The notes beneath the pieces are model-generated. The model was not told the DNA's origin. It saw only the letters and a program-made list of their open reading frames with translations, and ran no database searches. The position numbers and the translations under genes are program-made. A DNA stretch of 63,641 bases, the filler included, from Thraustochytrium aureum (Eukaryota), in the NCBI GenBank assembly GCA_012862495.1. It is 5 parts of 3 records of this genome, joined end to end, with 100 filler letters (N's around TTAATTAATTAA, not from the genome) between each part and the next. Parts side by side here need not be neighbours in the genome. Positions count along the whole stretch, not along the records: positions 1 to 9,086 come from BLSG01000126.1; positions 9,187 to 34,600 come from BLSG01000126.1; 3 more parts are not named here. The stretch is one strand, 5' to 3'. The stretch's first letter is position 1. Every line of letters starts with the position of its first letter. Shown in pieces: positions 1-10,269 of this stretch.

Positions 1-2
1 GG

Positions 3-635
3 GTGCAGGGCGATGAAGGCCTGCTGCGCGTTGCCCCGGGCGCCACGTCGATTGAGCTATGCTGCGACACCTCGCTTGCGGGATTTCCGTACTCTGACTC
101 GTTCATGGTGCGGTCCAGGTACGTGCTGACGCGCCTGGAGAACCCGGATAGGTCGCACAGCGACGAAGCGTGGTGCCGCCTCGACTCGACGTGCCGGATC
201 GCCTGGCTCAAGAGCGTCTCCGTGCCTTTTCTGAAGGGCAAGATCGAGAAGGAAAACGTCCAAACTGGCAAGAAGAATGCGCAGGCGTGGGAGAGCATTG
301 CACGCAAACGACTGGCGGCGGCAACGTCGCCCGCGCGCCAACGCAGCGACTCCCTGGAAGCGGCGCCAGCGGCGGCGGGGACGACGACGACGTCGACGAC
401 GACGACGACGTTGATGGAGGCCGCTCGGGCAAGCGCCAAGTCGCTGCGATTGGCGCAGAGTGAGGGCGCCGACGAGAAGGTGCACGGCGACCGCGGGGAG
501 GAGTTTGAGTGGTCTCGACTGGCAAGCGGCGAGTTCTACGCAAGCGCCTGGGCGTCAAGTTCTGACGCCCAGCGCTTGCAAACCCTGCTGCTTTTTGCGA
601 TTCTGTTCATGCAAGTCCTCGATCGGCTATGGTAA
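3..635 (+). CDS. VASt/StART-like (GRAMD1/Lam-type) lipid transfer protein, C-terminal part (5' truncated by window edge)
   Basis: FPYSDSFMVRSRY...CRLDSTCRIAWLK...KGKIEK resembles the VASt domain C-terminal half. It is followed by a low-complexity linker and a C-terminal hydrophobic helix (LLLFAILFMQVL). Confidence 0.6.
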   Translation: MQGDEGLLRVAPGATSIELCCDTSLAGFPYSDSFMVRSRYVLTRLENPDRSHSDEAWCRLDSTCRIAWLKSVSVPFLKGKIEKENVQTGKKNAQAWESIARKRLAAATSPARQRSDSLEAAPAAAGTTTTSTTTTTLMEAARASAKSLRLAQSEGADEKVHGDRGEEFEWSRLASGEFYASAWASSSDAQRLQTLLLFAILFMQVLDRLW

Positions 636-758
636 GACAAGAGCTGCGACCGCGCGCAAAACGAAAAGAAGAAAAAGCCACTATTTTTATTCCTTGTTTT
701 TCTAGAGCTTTCTTTCATCCCACAAGGCCGCGCAAGCAGCGGTGCCATGGCAACTCGC

Positions 759-2765
759 TTAAGCGCTAGTTCCTCTCACGTCGTCAACATCTTTCGACTG
801 CCGGTGGTCCACCTCGGCATTGAGAAACTGGCGAATTTCGTTGTCGATGTTGAGAACGTTCTCGCCAAGGCCCTGCGCCTGGCGCTTGCCAGGCCGGAGG
901 CGGTTGTAGGCCTCCTTCTTCCTCTTCTTGGTCGCTGCGTGCTTGGCCAAGTCTGGGCCGCCCGTCAAAACCTCGTTAGGGAAGGGCATCATGTTTTGGC
1001 GCCAAATCCACTCGGAAAACACTGCTAACTCGAACTCGGGGCTGACCATGGCGGGGTACAGCACGGTTTGACTGAATTGCTCGCGCTCTGCGCTAATATC
1101 CGAGCGATCGAAGTCGATCGACTTGTAACGCTTCTGGTCTGCATTGAAGACTTTGTTGCCACAGTCCGTGTCTATCGCGTAGATTTGGTTATAGCTTTGG
1201 TACACGCAGGCCCGCAGCGTGAGGCCTTGCCCAGGGATCATCGGTGTCGGTCTGCGCTCTGGCTGAAAGTGCAAATCGACAGTCTCTACCGGAAGCCCGC
1301 GGCGAACGACCTCGACGGCGACGGCCACCATCTTGCGGATCTGGTTGAGCATGAAGCTCTGCCCGTGAATATTAATCCGCACGATTTGGAGACCATTGAC
1401 CTCGAAGGGGTCGTCCACCGAGACCTCTTTGATGTACCGCTTGGCGCTCGCGTCGCTTGAGCTCACGCGTGGCGAAAAGTTGTGGAACGACTGCGAGCCA
1501 AGGTACCGTGACATGGCCGCCCGAAGTCGGTCGACGTCGTCTGCACCGGCTTTGAACTTGTTCGACACGCCTTCGCGGTACGCGTGGTACACTTCTTTCG
1601 AGTTGGCTGGTGCGCTCTCATTCGCGCCGCCCTTGTCATTTTCGGCGGCCTTGTCCGCGCTCACGGCGGCCTTGTCGACCTCCGACTCAGCCAGGGCCGA
1701 GGCAGGCCCGGCCGCCCCAAGGGTCTCCGCCACTTCCAGGCAAACGCTGATCGGCGCCAGGAGAAACGTTGGCAGCAAGTACTCGTACCTGCGCGAGTCG
1801 CACTGGTTTCTCGAGTTGAAGCTTTTGGTGCAGCGAACNNNNNNNNNNNNNNNNNNNNNNNNNNNNNNNNNNNNNNNNNNNNNNNNNNNNNNNNNNNNNN
1901 NNNNNNNNNNNNNNNNNNNNNNNNNNNNNNNNNNNNNNNNNNNNNNNNNNNNNNNNNNNNNNNNNNNNNNNNNNNNNNNNNNNNNNNNNNNNNNNNNNNN
2001 NNNNNNNNNNNNNNNNNNNNNNNNNNNNNNNNNNNNNNNNNNNNNNNNNNNNNNNNNNNNNNNNNNNNNNNNNNNNNNNNNNNNNNNNNNNNNNNNNNNN
2101 NNNNCAGCGAACGACGTCAAACACCCTGATCGGTTTGGCAGAAGTTCGTTGAGGCGCCGCCGGAACAGCTCGATTTGGTCCTCAGATTCGTCCAGCTCCA
2201 TCTTTAGCGCAATGACTTGGCCAAACGCGTGAACGCCCTTGTCCGTGCGTGCGGCGCGGGACCAGTCTATTTTTTGGAGCTGTCCCTGGTTTTCCATCCT
2301 TATGACGCCGGCTTTGGCGATGGCGGCCTCCATGTCGTCCTCGATCGTCTTGACGTCGGGTTGGGTCTGCAGGCCAAAGTATCCGAGCCCGCTGTAGCCG
2401 AACATGATCACGTATTTCTTCTTGCTGCGGCACCAATAGCTTGGCACGTCTGAGTTGTCCGCCCGACCTTCCTCGGTAGCATTATCGCTGGTGCTGGCCT
2501 CTGCTGGCTGGCCCTCTGCGCCAGCAACGGTGCTAGCCGCTGCGACTCCGACGGGCCGCTCGGCCTCCGGCGCGCTGTTGTCCTGCATCCCGCCTGCCAA
2601 CCTGTCCACGAGCCCGTTCCACCTGCGCGCCACGTCGGTGCCCCACAGCCGCTTCTCCTGCAGCTCCTTCCTCGCTCGTCGCCACGCGAGCCCGTCGCCC
2701 GAGCGCCCCACGTTCACGTCCCGCTTCTTCAATCCGAACGATGCACGAACGCAAGCTCTCAGCAT
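759..2765 (-). CDS. PUS1: tRNA pseudouridine synthase, TruA/PUS1 family (internal N-gap)
   Basis: Motifs GYSGLGYFGLQ, RAARTDKGVHA (catalytic Asp), RRYEYLLP, FHNF and GQSFMLNQIRKMV. Start taken at the ATG of MLRACVRASF, which may be a targeting peptide. Confidence 0.9.
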   Translation of the reverse strand: MLRACVRASFGLKKRDVNVGRSGDGLAWRRARKELQEKRLWGTDVARRWNGLVDRLAGGMQDNSAPEAERPVGVAAASTVAGAEGQPAEASTSDNATEEGRADNSDVPSYWCRSKKKYVIMFGYSGLGYFGLQTQPDVKTIEDDMEAAIAKAGVIRMENQGQLQKIDWSRAARTDKGVHAFGQVIALKMELDESEDQIELFRRRLNELLPNRSGCLTSFAXXXXXXXXXXXXXXXXXXXXXXXXXXXXXXXXXXXXXXXXXXXXXXXXXXXXXXXXXXXXXXXXXXXXXXXXXXXXXXXXXXXXXXXXXVRCTKSFNSRNQCDSRRYEYLLPTFLLAPISVCLEVAETLGAAGPASALAESEVDKAAVSADKAAENDKGGANESAPANSKEVYHAYREGVSNKFKAGADDVDRLRAAMSRYLGSQSFHNFSPRVSSSDASAKRYIKEVSVDDPFEVNGLQIVRINIHGQSFMLNQIRKMVAVAVEVVRRGLPVETVDLHFQPERRPTPMIPGQGLTLRACVYQSYNQIYAIDTDCGNKVFNADQKRYKSIDFDRSDISAEREQFSQTVLYPAMVSPEFELAVFSEWIWRQNMMPFPNEVLTGGPDLAKHAATKKRKKEAYNRLRPGKRQAQGLGENVLNIDNEIRQFLNAEVDHRQSKDVDDVRGTSA

Positions 2766-2849
2766 GGGCGCTCGCAGGCCCTTGCTCGCCCGCCTGCACG
2801 TGCCTCCACGGTAAGTAAAAAGGCACGGCCTGCGTCTCTGTCGACCAAC

Positions 2850-2960
2850 CTGCCCGCCGGCCTGCCTGCCCGCCTGCCTGCCTGCGAGCGTGCGTGCGTG
2901 CCTGCCTGCCTGCGAGCGTGCGTGCGTGCCTGCGAGCGTGCGTGCGTGCCTGCCTGCCTG
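2850..2960 (-). repeat. (GCAG)/(GCAC) tetranucleotide-rich simple repeat upstream of PUS1
   Basis: cctgcctgcctgcgagcgtgcgtgcgtg units repeated about three times. Confidence 0.8.
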
Positions 2961-3270
2961 AGCGTGGGCCTGATGAGCGTGGCTGGCGATGCGCGCACGG
3001 GTGCGTTTGGTGTCTGGCACCTGGATGAAGAAATTGAAAGAAATTGAATGGTATGGTTTTGTGTGGCTTGGAGCAACGCGGCGCGAGAGGCGTGGCAACG
3101 CAGGCTAGGACGCACGGACGCACGCACGCACGCACGCACGGGCTCGCGCTGTTGAGGGCGGGCGTTTCGGCAACGAAGATGGGTTGGCGAATAGCTTGTT
3201 CAGTGCGTTGTGCGTTGTCTACATACGGAAATACGGAATAGACCGGGTGGTCCAGGGTCAGGCGGAGGAG

Positions 3271-4825
3271 CTAGTGGTCGTGGCCCGCGTGCAAGCCGGG
3301 CTCGTTGTCGCAGTGAATGTGGACCAACTGAAGCAGTCCGATGAGGACGGCGCCGAGAACCGCAAGGCCAAAGCGCACCACCTTGCGACGGGGAGAGTCG
3401 ATGCTCACCAGCGTCGGGACCAGCTCTGCGAGTGCGATGTAGACCAAAAACCCGCCACCGAACGCAAGCAGCATTGCACGACCGGACATGGACAAGCTCT
3501 CTCCCAGAGCGAGCACGACGATACAGCCGATGACAGCTGAAAGCGAGCTGACAAAGTTCCAGAACAGTGCCATCTTGTACGAGAGGCCAGCACGCACCAG
3601 GATCAGAAAGTCGACAAGCTCCTGCGGCAGCTCGTGCGCGGCCATAGCACCCGTGACAACCCAGCCCAGGTTGGAGTCCGCGCAGAACGAAAAGGCAATA
3701 CCGACAAGAAACCCGTCCGTCAAGTTGTGAAACAAGTCAGCAACGACGATGTTGGTGACGAGGGAGTAGTCGACACCGTGGGCCTTCGCGACAGCCGCGT
3801 CGCTGACAGAGGCGCTCTTTAGCTTCCCCTCTCCGACTTCACTGTCGCGGATGCTGAGATCGACCACGCCAGTCTCAACGCCGTCTTGATGGCCCCGGGC
3901 GGCGCCATGCGCATCTTCAGCGAGCACCACGGGCTTGGACTCCATGTGCGTAACGTTGTAGAGATCGTGAGTATCGTGGTGGTGGCCGCCGTGGCCGAGC
4001 ATGTTGGAGACGAGCTCGACGGCGAACGCCGTGAACAGGCCGCCGAGAAACAGCGCCCCGAACTGCCACGAGTAACCGCTGCTGGAGTATTTAACGCCTT
4101 CCGGCAGCATGTGCACGAACACCGTGCTGAGGAGGACGCCGATTGCGAAAGCAACAGCGTCGTTGAGCAAGTCGGCGTTGAGGCGGTTGGAGCAGAACAA
4201 GACCAGTACAACTCCAAAGAGGGAGCACACGGAAAGGATCAACGAGGCGCCGATCGCCTTGAGCCAAGTCGATGCGCTAAAGTCGCCCTTCACCTCCTCG
4301 GCCAGGTCCACTTTGTCGCACTCGAGAGCCTCGGAGCCCGCCATGACGACGGGAAACACTTCCTCGTCCCCCGTGGTCGTGGTCGTCCTCGGCGAGGAGC
4401 CGGCCGTGGTCGTGGTCATGATCATCATGGGCGCCCGCTCCTGCGACATGGCATTCGAAGTTCAGCCCATCCACTTCGACGCGGACCGACGATGCAGTAA
4501 CCAACTTGGTTACGCAGGGGTAAAGGTTGGCCACCACGCGACCAACTGTTTCGGGGTCTTGGGCGCGCTGCCCCTCCGCGACACCAGACGCATTCAGGAC
4601 GGCGTGCGCGGAGGGGCAGGCGTCGACGGCGCCGCCGGTGAGCGCATCGATCATGGCTTGCACCTCCGCCTCGTCCAGGCCGTTCGCGTTCTTGTCCCAC
4701 AACTCGACGGCGACCTCGGCTCCGGTCTCCAGAAGAACATCACCCTCGCACACCACGTGAGTTGGCCCTGCCACGAGCAAGACGGCCGAGGCCGCTGCGA
4801 GCGCCTTGCAGAATCCGGACCTCAT
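3271..4825 (-). CDS. ZIP (SLC39, LIV-1-like) Zn/Fe/Mn transporter with signal peptide and His-rich ectodomain; one frameshift at ~4370
   Basis: TM4 DLFHNLTDG, TM5 HELPQELVDF, FVHMLPE and His-rich loops are in ORF 3271..4449. The N-terminal signal peptide and HDDHDHDH ectodomain are in ORF 4277..4825. Removing one base from the C5 run at 4368-4372 joins them (…DHDHGDEEVFPV…). Confidence 0.85.
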
Positions 4826-6222
4826 CGTGCGGCCCTCTTTCGCCGGCGCCCCGTCGCTGCTCGGTTTTCTCCCTTACGCAGAGCGCCTCCCGTCTTGCCA
4901 GCGCCTCGCAGCTCCAGCGCCGTCGCTCGCCAAGCCCGCCTCGCTCGCTCGCTTTCAGTTCGGGTCTGCTGCGCGGCGCCGATCCTGAAATCGCTCCAAA
5001 CGCGACGACAACCAAACAACCAGAGCAAAGACAGCAAACAAACAAACAAACAAACGAACAAACAAAACTGCGCAGCCGCCAGCCAGCGCGGGCAGTGACG
5101 CGGCAGGTCGATCGATCGAGGCTGCGGCGCTCAGTCGACCGAGCGGACTGGGGCTCTGCTTGCCCCGGCCAGTCAGCACCACCAAGTCGCCTAAGTCAAA
5201 ACAAAAAAACAAAAACAAAAAACAACAAAAAAGCAAACAAAAAAACGCAACAAAAACGGGGCACACCAGGCACAGGTGTATACATGGTCCCCTCTCGGCG
5301 ACTTTGGCGCATTGTCGGATAATTTGAGCGAGGATGTATCGAGTGGAGTCCGCCAGGGAGGTTCCCCCGGGGGGTGGGCGCGAGAGGGGATGTTCGGCGA
5401 TTCGGGGGTTTGCGGTGCGCGAGGAAAGGCCGGGGTCTCTCCCGTGAGCGCCACGAGGCGAGGAGTGGTTGCGTGCGATCGCGCGGGTGCGGGCGAAACA
5501 AGCGCCGGTGCACGCGTTCGGCGGGGTAGGTGCCGCGGGAGAACCCGGCGGAGGGTCCGGTTGCAGATGCGCCACCCGCGGCGCATGGAGAATCAGGAAT
5601 CGCCAAGCAGAATCCGGATTCGCGAAACGCTAGATACGCGCCAAGCAGGGATCCCGTGCTTCGCGGAACACGGCGCGTGCGCCTCGAAGCAGCACGGCGT
5701 GAAGAATCCAGAATCTCCAAACATCCATGTGGCGCGCCGCTCCCGTGCCTACTGTGAAGGCGCGCATCTCCAAACATCTCAGTGAGTCTGTCAGGTGGTT
5801 TCCAACCTGCGCCGTTTGCCCCTCACCTCGGGCGATCTCCTCAGGGCCTCTCCAGGCAACAAGCACTACGCGCCTCTTCCCACTCGAATCCGTGCTCTCC
5901 CTCCCGCGCGCCCAGGGGAATCCGCCCCTCCCTCCGCACTCAGCCAGCGCCTCGTCGAAACCCGTGCCTCCCTGCTGCCTCTCTGCCGCTCCACCGTACT
6001 CTTGACCGCCACCCTACCAGTACTACTACTAGCACTCCACCGCGAAAACTCCCTCCCCGCCCCTCCCTCCCATCCCGCCCCTCAGGGCCTCTCTCCCTGG
6101 CGCTCAAGAGCGAGCGCCCTCGCGAAGGCCCGGAGGGGCGGCGCCTGCAGGGAGGGGCGCTACGAGCCGCTAAACTTGAAAGAGGAGGAGGAGCAGGAGG
6201 AAGGGAGCAGCAAGCACAGAGA

Positions 6223-6263
6223 GCAGCAGCAGCACACAGCAGCAGCAGCAGCAGCAGCAGCAG
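6223..6263 (+). repeat. (CAG)n microsatellite at gap edge
   Basis: Direct reading. Confidence 0.9.
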
Positions 6264-7391
6264 AACNNNNNNNNNNNNNNNNNNNNNNNNNNNNNNNNNN
6301 NNNNNNNNNNNNNNNNNNNNNNNNNNNNNNNNNNNNNNNNNNNNNNNNNNNNNNNNNNNNNNNNNNNNNNNNNNNNNNNNNNNNNNNNNNNNNNNNNNNN
6401 NNNNNNNNNNNNNNNNNNNNNNNNNNNNNNNNNNNNNNNNNNNNNNNNNNNNNNNNNNNNNNNNNNNNNNNNNNNNNNNNNNNNNNNNNNNNNNNNNNNN
6501 NNNNNNNNNNNNNNNNNNNNNNNNNNNNNNNNNNNNNNNNNNNNNNNNNNNNNNNNNNNNNNNNNNNNNNNNNNNNNNNNNNNNNNNNNNNNNNNNNNNN
6601 NNNNNNNNNNNNNNNNNNNNNNNNNNNNNNNNNNNNNNNNNNNNNNNNNNNNNNNNNNNNNNNNNNNNNNNNNNNNNNNNNNNNNNNNNNNNNNNNNNNN
6701 NNNNNNNNNNNNNNNNNNNNNNNNNNNNNNNNNNNNNNNNNNNNNNNNNNNNNNNNNNNNNNNNNNNNNNNNNNNNNNNNNNNNNNNNNNNNNNNNNNNN
6801 NNNNNNNNNNNNNNNNNNNNNNNNNNNNNNNNNNNNNNNNNNNNNNNNNNNNNNNNNNNNNNNNNNNNNNNNNNNNNNNNNNNNNNNNNNNNNNNNNNNN
6901 NNNNNNNNNNNNNNNNNNNNNNNNNNNNNNNNNNNNNNNNNNNNNNNNNNNNNNNNNNNNNNNNNNNNNNNNNNNNNNNNNNNNNNNNNNNNNNNNNNNN
7001 NNNNNNNNNNNNNNNNNNNNNNNNNNTAGAGGCATGTGTTGGGAGAAGAAAAGTAAGCAGGCTGGATCGATTGTGTATTTGACTGAGACCGCCTCAACCC
7101 CAAAAGAAGAGGCCGAAAAGTAAAGGACGAGAGCGGGCCGCGAGCAAGGGCCTTTGCGGCCCACGGAGGGGCAGCTAGTGTTGTGGTCGTGTTCTCCGAG
7201 CCTGTGCTGCCCCAGACAGCGTGCAAATGTGGTGTGGGGTTGGGGGGTGGGGCCGCAAACCCAAATCGGAAGCGCGGCGCTCCACGGGTCTCAGGATGCT
7301 GTCATGGTGGAATTTGGGGACCTGCACCTCAATGCGCCAAGTCACTGAGGCGCCAGTCGCAGTCGCGGGTCGCTCTCATACAGCCCATCAT

Positions 7392-8882
7392 TTAGGCGAC
7401 GACAGCGAGCAGCGCGAACAGCGCCGCGCAACCAACCAGCGCAAAGCTCGGGCGGCCAAGGCCGGCGCTGTTGTCGTCGGTGCCATCCGCCAAGCACACG
7501 TCCGAGGTCTTGACCGGGTTGACGCCGACGACAACAGCGTCCCCGGACGACTCGTTGCACGCAACACTGCGCCAATCGTTGAACAAGGGGGCCTCAACGT
7601 CCGTGCAATCGGCGGCCGTCAGCACGATCTGCTGCTCAGCGTTGGGTGCGAGGTGCTTGCGAAGAAAGTAGCGAGAGTGGGTCGGCACGAGGGCGGGGAA
7701 AGTCGTGGAAATCATGTCGAGGAGGAGAACGTCGGGCTCGGCCTTGGCGGCCTCAAAGTAGGCAGTGCCACCTCCGGCGCTAACAGTCCGCGTCAAGTCG
7801 TAAAATTCTCCGTTGACGGCGGCGTCCATGCCTGTGAGGAAATCGTTAAAGCGATCCGTGCACTGCGGCGGCATGTACGCCAGGTCGTTGGTGTAAAAGA
7901 TGACCTCGGCACTGCTAGCACCAGCCAGAAACTCCGTCTGGTTGACAGCAACCGACTTCTTGCCGGCCCCGGCGGGAAAGGTGATCAGGTCGGCGCCGGC
8001 AGCATCCCAGAGCTCGCATTCTGCGGCGGGGCAAGCGCGCACAATAGCCTTTGCGTCGGCAAAGTTGGAGCAGTTCTGGTTGATCTTCGCGCTGTAAAAG
8101 TCCAAATAAAACTCCACCACCTTCTTGCGCTCCACCCCCGCTTTGGCCAGCTCGGCAGTCACCTCGGCCGCATGGCAGTCGTAGCGGTCGTCGATGAGTC
8201 CGGCGACAGAGTTGGCAGCCTCCTCGCGGTTGAAGAAGAGGCTGACGAACTCGACCCACTCGGAGCGGCCCAACACCGTGGCTTCGTTGGCCTCATCCAG
8301 CACAAAGTACGGAATGGGAACAGCGTCGAGCTTCTCCTTGTTGAAAGCATACTGTGAGATGAAGCGGACGGCCACGTTGGAATCCTTGATCGCGTAGTCC
8401 GCGCGGTCCGCAATGAGGTTTTCATCGCCCATCTTGGTCACGCACTCGTTCGACACGTACGAGAGGGACGAGTCGTAATAGGTCAGGCTCGTGCGCTGGC
8501 CGATGTACTCGAAGAAATGAAACATTGTCGACGAGTCCACCGAGGCACGGTTGACAGGAATGGAGACGACCTGGTCTCCCTCCTGCACTTGAGGCGGAAC
8601 GGGCGTACCACACAGCACAAGGTAGCTCTTGAGGCCCGTCACGGGGTCCTGGATTACCTTGTACGAGTTGTGGTACGTCACGTTCCACCCGGTCGAAAAT
8701 TGGGCCTTGGCCTTGTTCTTGAAGTAGTCCACGCTCGCGTCGTACTCGCCATCGCATACGCAGGTCCGCACATTCCTGTTGGCCAGAAACTCCTTTGCCT
8801 GCGCTGCTTCAATGACGCACGCGAGGACGAGCGTGACGAAAAACATGTGGAACACCGACAAGGGGTAAAAGTGCGCCGGCAT
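7392..8882 (-). CDS. CBA1-like / BtuF-FecB-type periplasmic-binding-fold surface protein (cobalamin or iron-complex acquisition)
   Basis: Signal peptide; DYFKNK…WNVTYHNSYKVI…YLVLCGTP; LGRSEWVEFVSLFFNREEAAN; FEAAKAEPDVLLLDM; C-terminal hydrophobic anchor (TM or GPI signal). Confidence 0.75.
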   Translation of the reverse strand: MPAHFYPLSVFHMFFVTLVLACVIEAAQAKEFLANRNVRTCVCDGEYDASVDYFKNKAKAQFSTGWNVTYHNSYKVIQDPVTGLKSYLVLCGTPVPPQVQEGDQVVSIPVNRASVDSSTMFHFFEYIGQRTSLTYYDSSLSYVSNECVTKMGDENLIADRADYAIKDSNVAVRFISQYAFNKEKLDAVPIPYFVLDEANEATVLGRSEWVEFVSLFFNREEAANSVAGLIDDRYDCHAAEVTAELAKAGVERKKVVEFYLDFYSAKINQNCSNFADAKAIVRACPAAECELWDAAGADLITFPAGAGKKSVAVNQTEFLAGASSAEVIFYTNDLAYMPPQCTDRFNDFLTGMDAAVNGEFYDLTRTVSAGGGTAYFEAAKAEPDVLLLDMISTTFPALVPTHSRYFLRKHLAPNAEQQIVLTAADCTDVEAPLFNDWRSVACNESSGDAVVVGVNPVKTSDVCLADGTDDNSAGLGRPSFALVGCAALFALLAVVA

Positions 8883-9009
8883 CGTGTGCCGCACCGTCTT
8901 GCCACGCGACTCGCACAGCGCCTTGCTTGCCACGCCCATTCTCTCTACTCCACAGTCCCCTGCCCCCCTGCTTGTGCTTCTCCAATGCTGACGCTCCAGA
9001 TGCTCCTTG

Positions 9010-9086
<77 letters not shown>
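9010..9086 (+). repeat. (CTG)n microsatellite, about 25 units, running into scaffold end
   Basis: Direct reading. Confidence 0.95.
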
Positions 9087-9130
9087 NNNNNNNNNNNNNN
9101 NNNNNNNNNNNNNNNNNNNNNNNNNNNNNN

Positions 9131-9142
9131 TTAATTAATTAA
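9131..9142. other. Artificial scaffold-joining linker TTAATTAATTAA (six-frame stop) inside Ns; also at 34645-34656, 44485-44496 and 57678-57689
   Basis: The identical 12-mer is flanked by equal-length N runs four times. Confidence 0.95.
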
Positions 9143-9277
9143 NNNNNNNNNNNNNNNNNNNNNNNNNNNNNNNNNNNNNNNNNNNNTGGGTCGCCCGAGT
9201 TTCAGCGGCGCCGCGCCATCTTCTCGGCGAAAAACGCGGCAGCGCTGAGTGCCCAGGAGGGCGCTGCGCTTGCAGCG

Positions 9278-10024
9278 ATGCGCGAGCTGTTTTCCGACGA
9301 GACGTGCCTCGAAATTGAGCGAGGGGTCGGAACGTTTCGCCTCGATGACGAAACTTTTCTGCGGTTTTTACGTGCGCGGGACTTTGACGTCCCCAAGGCC
9401 GAAAAGATGCTCTTCGATCACCTGCGCTGGCGCGACAAGTACACCCCGGGTCTGCTGCGCGCGAGCGACGTTGAGGTCGGCCTCCGGAGCGGGCTCGCGC
9501 GGCTCGCTGGAGTCTCGAAGGGTGGCGAGCCCGTCCTTCTGGTCCAGCTCACTTGCTTCCATCCGAGCCAATTTGTTGACAAGGACGACTTTATTCGGAC
9601 CGTCGCGTTCTTCTTCGAGCTGACCGTTCGCTCGATGCGCCCAGAAGTCGACAAGGGGCTCATCCTGTTTGACATGAATGGTTTCAGCTTGCGGAAGCAC
9701 TGGAATGCAAAAGCTGTAAAGCTGATTCTCGCGTTTGTGGCGCTCGTCCAGGACCAAAACCCAGAGCGACTGAGGCGCCTGCTGCTTCTCAACACGCCCG
9801 CAGCGTTTCGAATGGCCTGGGCGGTGATCAAGAAAGTCGTGGACGCCAACGTGCAGCGGAAGATATGCTTTGTAACCGACTTTCAAGTCCTCCGCGACGA
9901 GCTCGAGCTGGACCAGCTCATGGTTCGGTACGGCGGGGAGCGCGAGGAAGAGTTTCCCATGAGCGGTCTGGAGGACCTGGACACAGAGGAAGCTGCTGCC
10001 CAGGGGGATACTCTCACCATGTAG
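9278..10024 (+). CDS. CRAL-TRIO / Sec14-like lipid-binding protein (may start upstream, in the gap)
   Basis: DDETFLRFLRARDFDVPKAEKML…WR; LFDMNGF; QDQNPERLRRLLLLNTP…AWAVIK…RKI; YGG. The frame is open back to the gap at 9188. Confidence 0.9.
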   Translation: MRELFSDETCLEIERGVGTFRLDDETFLRFLRARDFDVPKAEKMLFDHLRWRDKYTPGLLRASDVEVGLRSGLARLAGVSKGGEPVLLVQLTCFHPSQFVDKDDFIRTVAFFFELTVRSMRPEVDKGLILFDMNGFSLRKHWNAKAVKLILAFVALVQDQNPERLRRLLLLNTPAAFRMAWAVIKKVVDANVQRKICFVTDFQVLRDELELDQLMVRYGGEREEEFPMSGLEDLDTEEAAAQGDTLTM

Positions 10025-10269
10025 CCAACTTGTTTCCCCTCATGCGATGCCTCGTTTTTTTTGTTGGTTCGCCCTGGAAGGACCAAGTAAAGTAAGTAGT
10101 AAAGTAGCATCCATCGAGCGCGCCCGCACTCTCTAGCTAGAGCTTGTTCGACCGTCGCCGGCTCCGCGACGAACGCGGCCCCGCTGGTGAGTCGCTCGCT
10201 GGCGCGCCGACTGGGCGGCTCGCATCGACGCATACTCTAGAGGCACGGATGCCCTTTGGCTGGCACCGG

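Noticed and set aside
5387..5726. Imperfect inverted repeat (gggatgttcggcgattc / gaatctccaaacatcc) as MITE termini
   Set aside because: Short and mismatched, with no target-site duplication or second copy visible.
5782..7226. Long ORFs spanning N-gaps (also 14732-16449, 17662-18948, 60935-62602)
   Set aside because: Their length comes from Ns, and the flanking translations are low-complexity with no recognisable motif.
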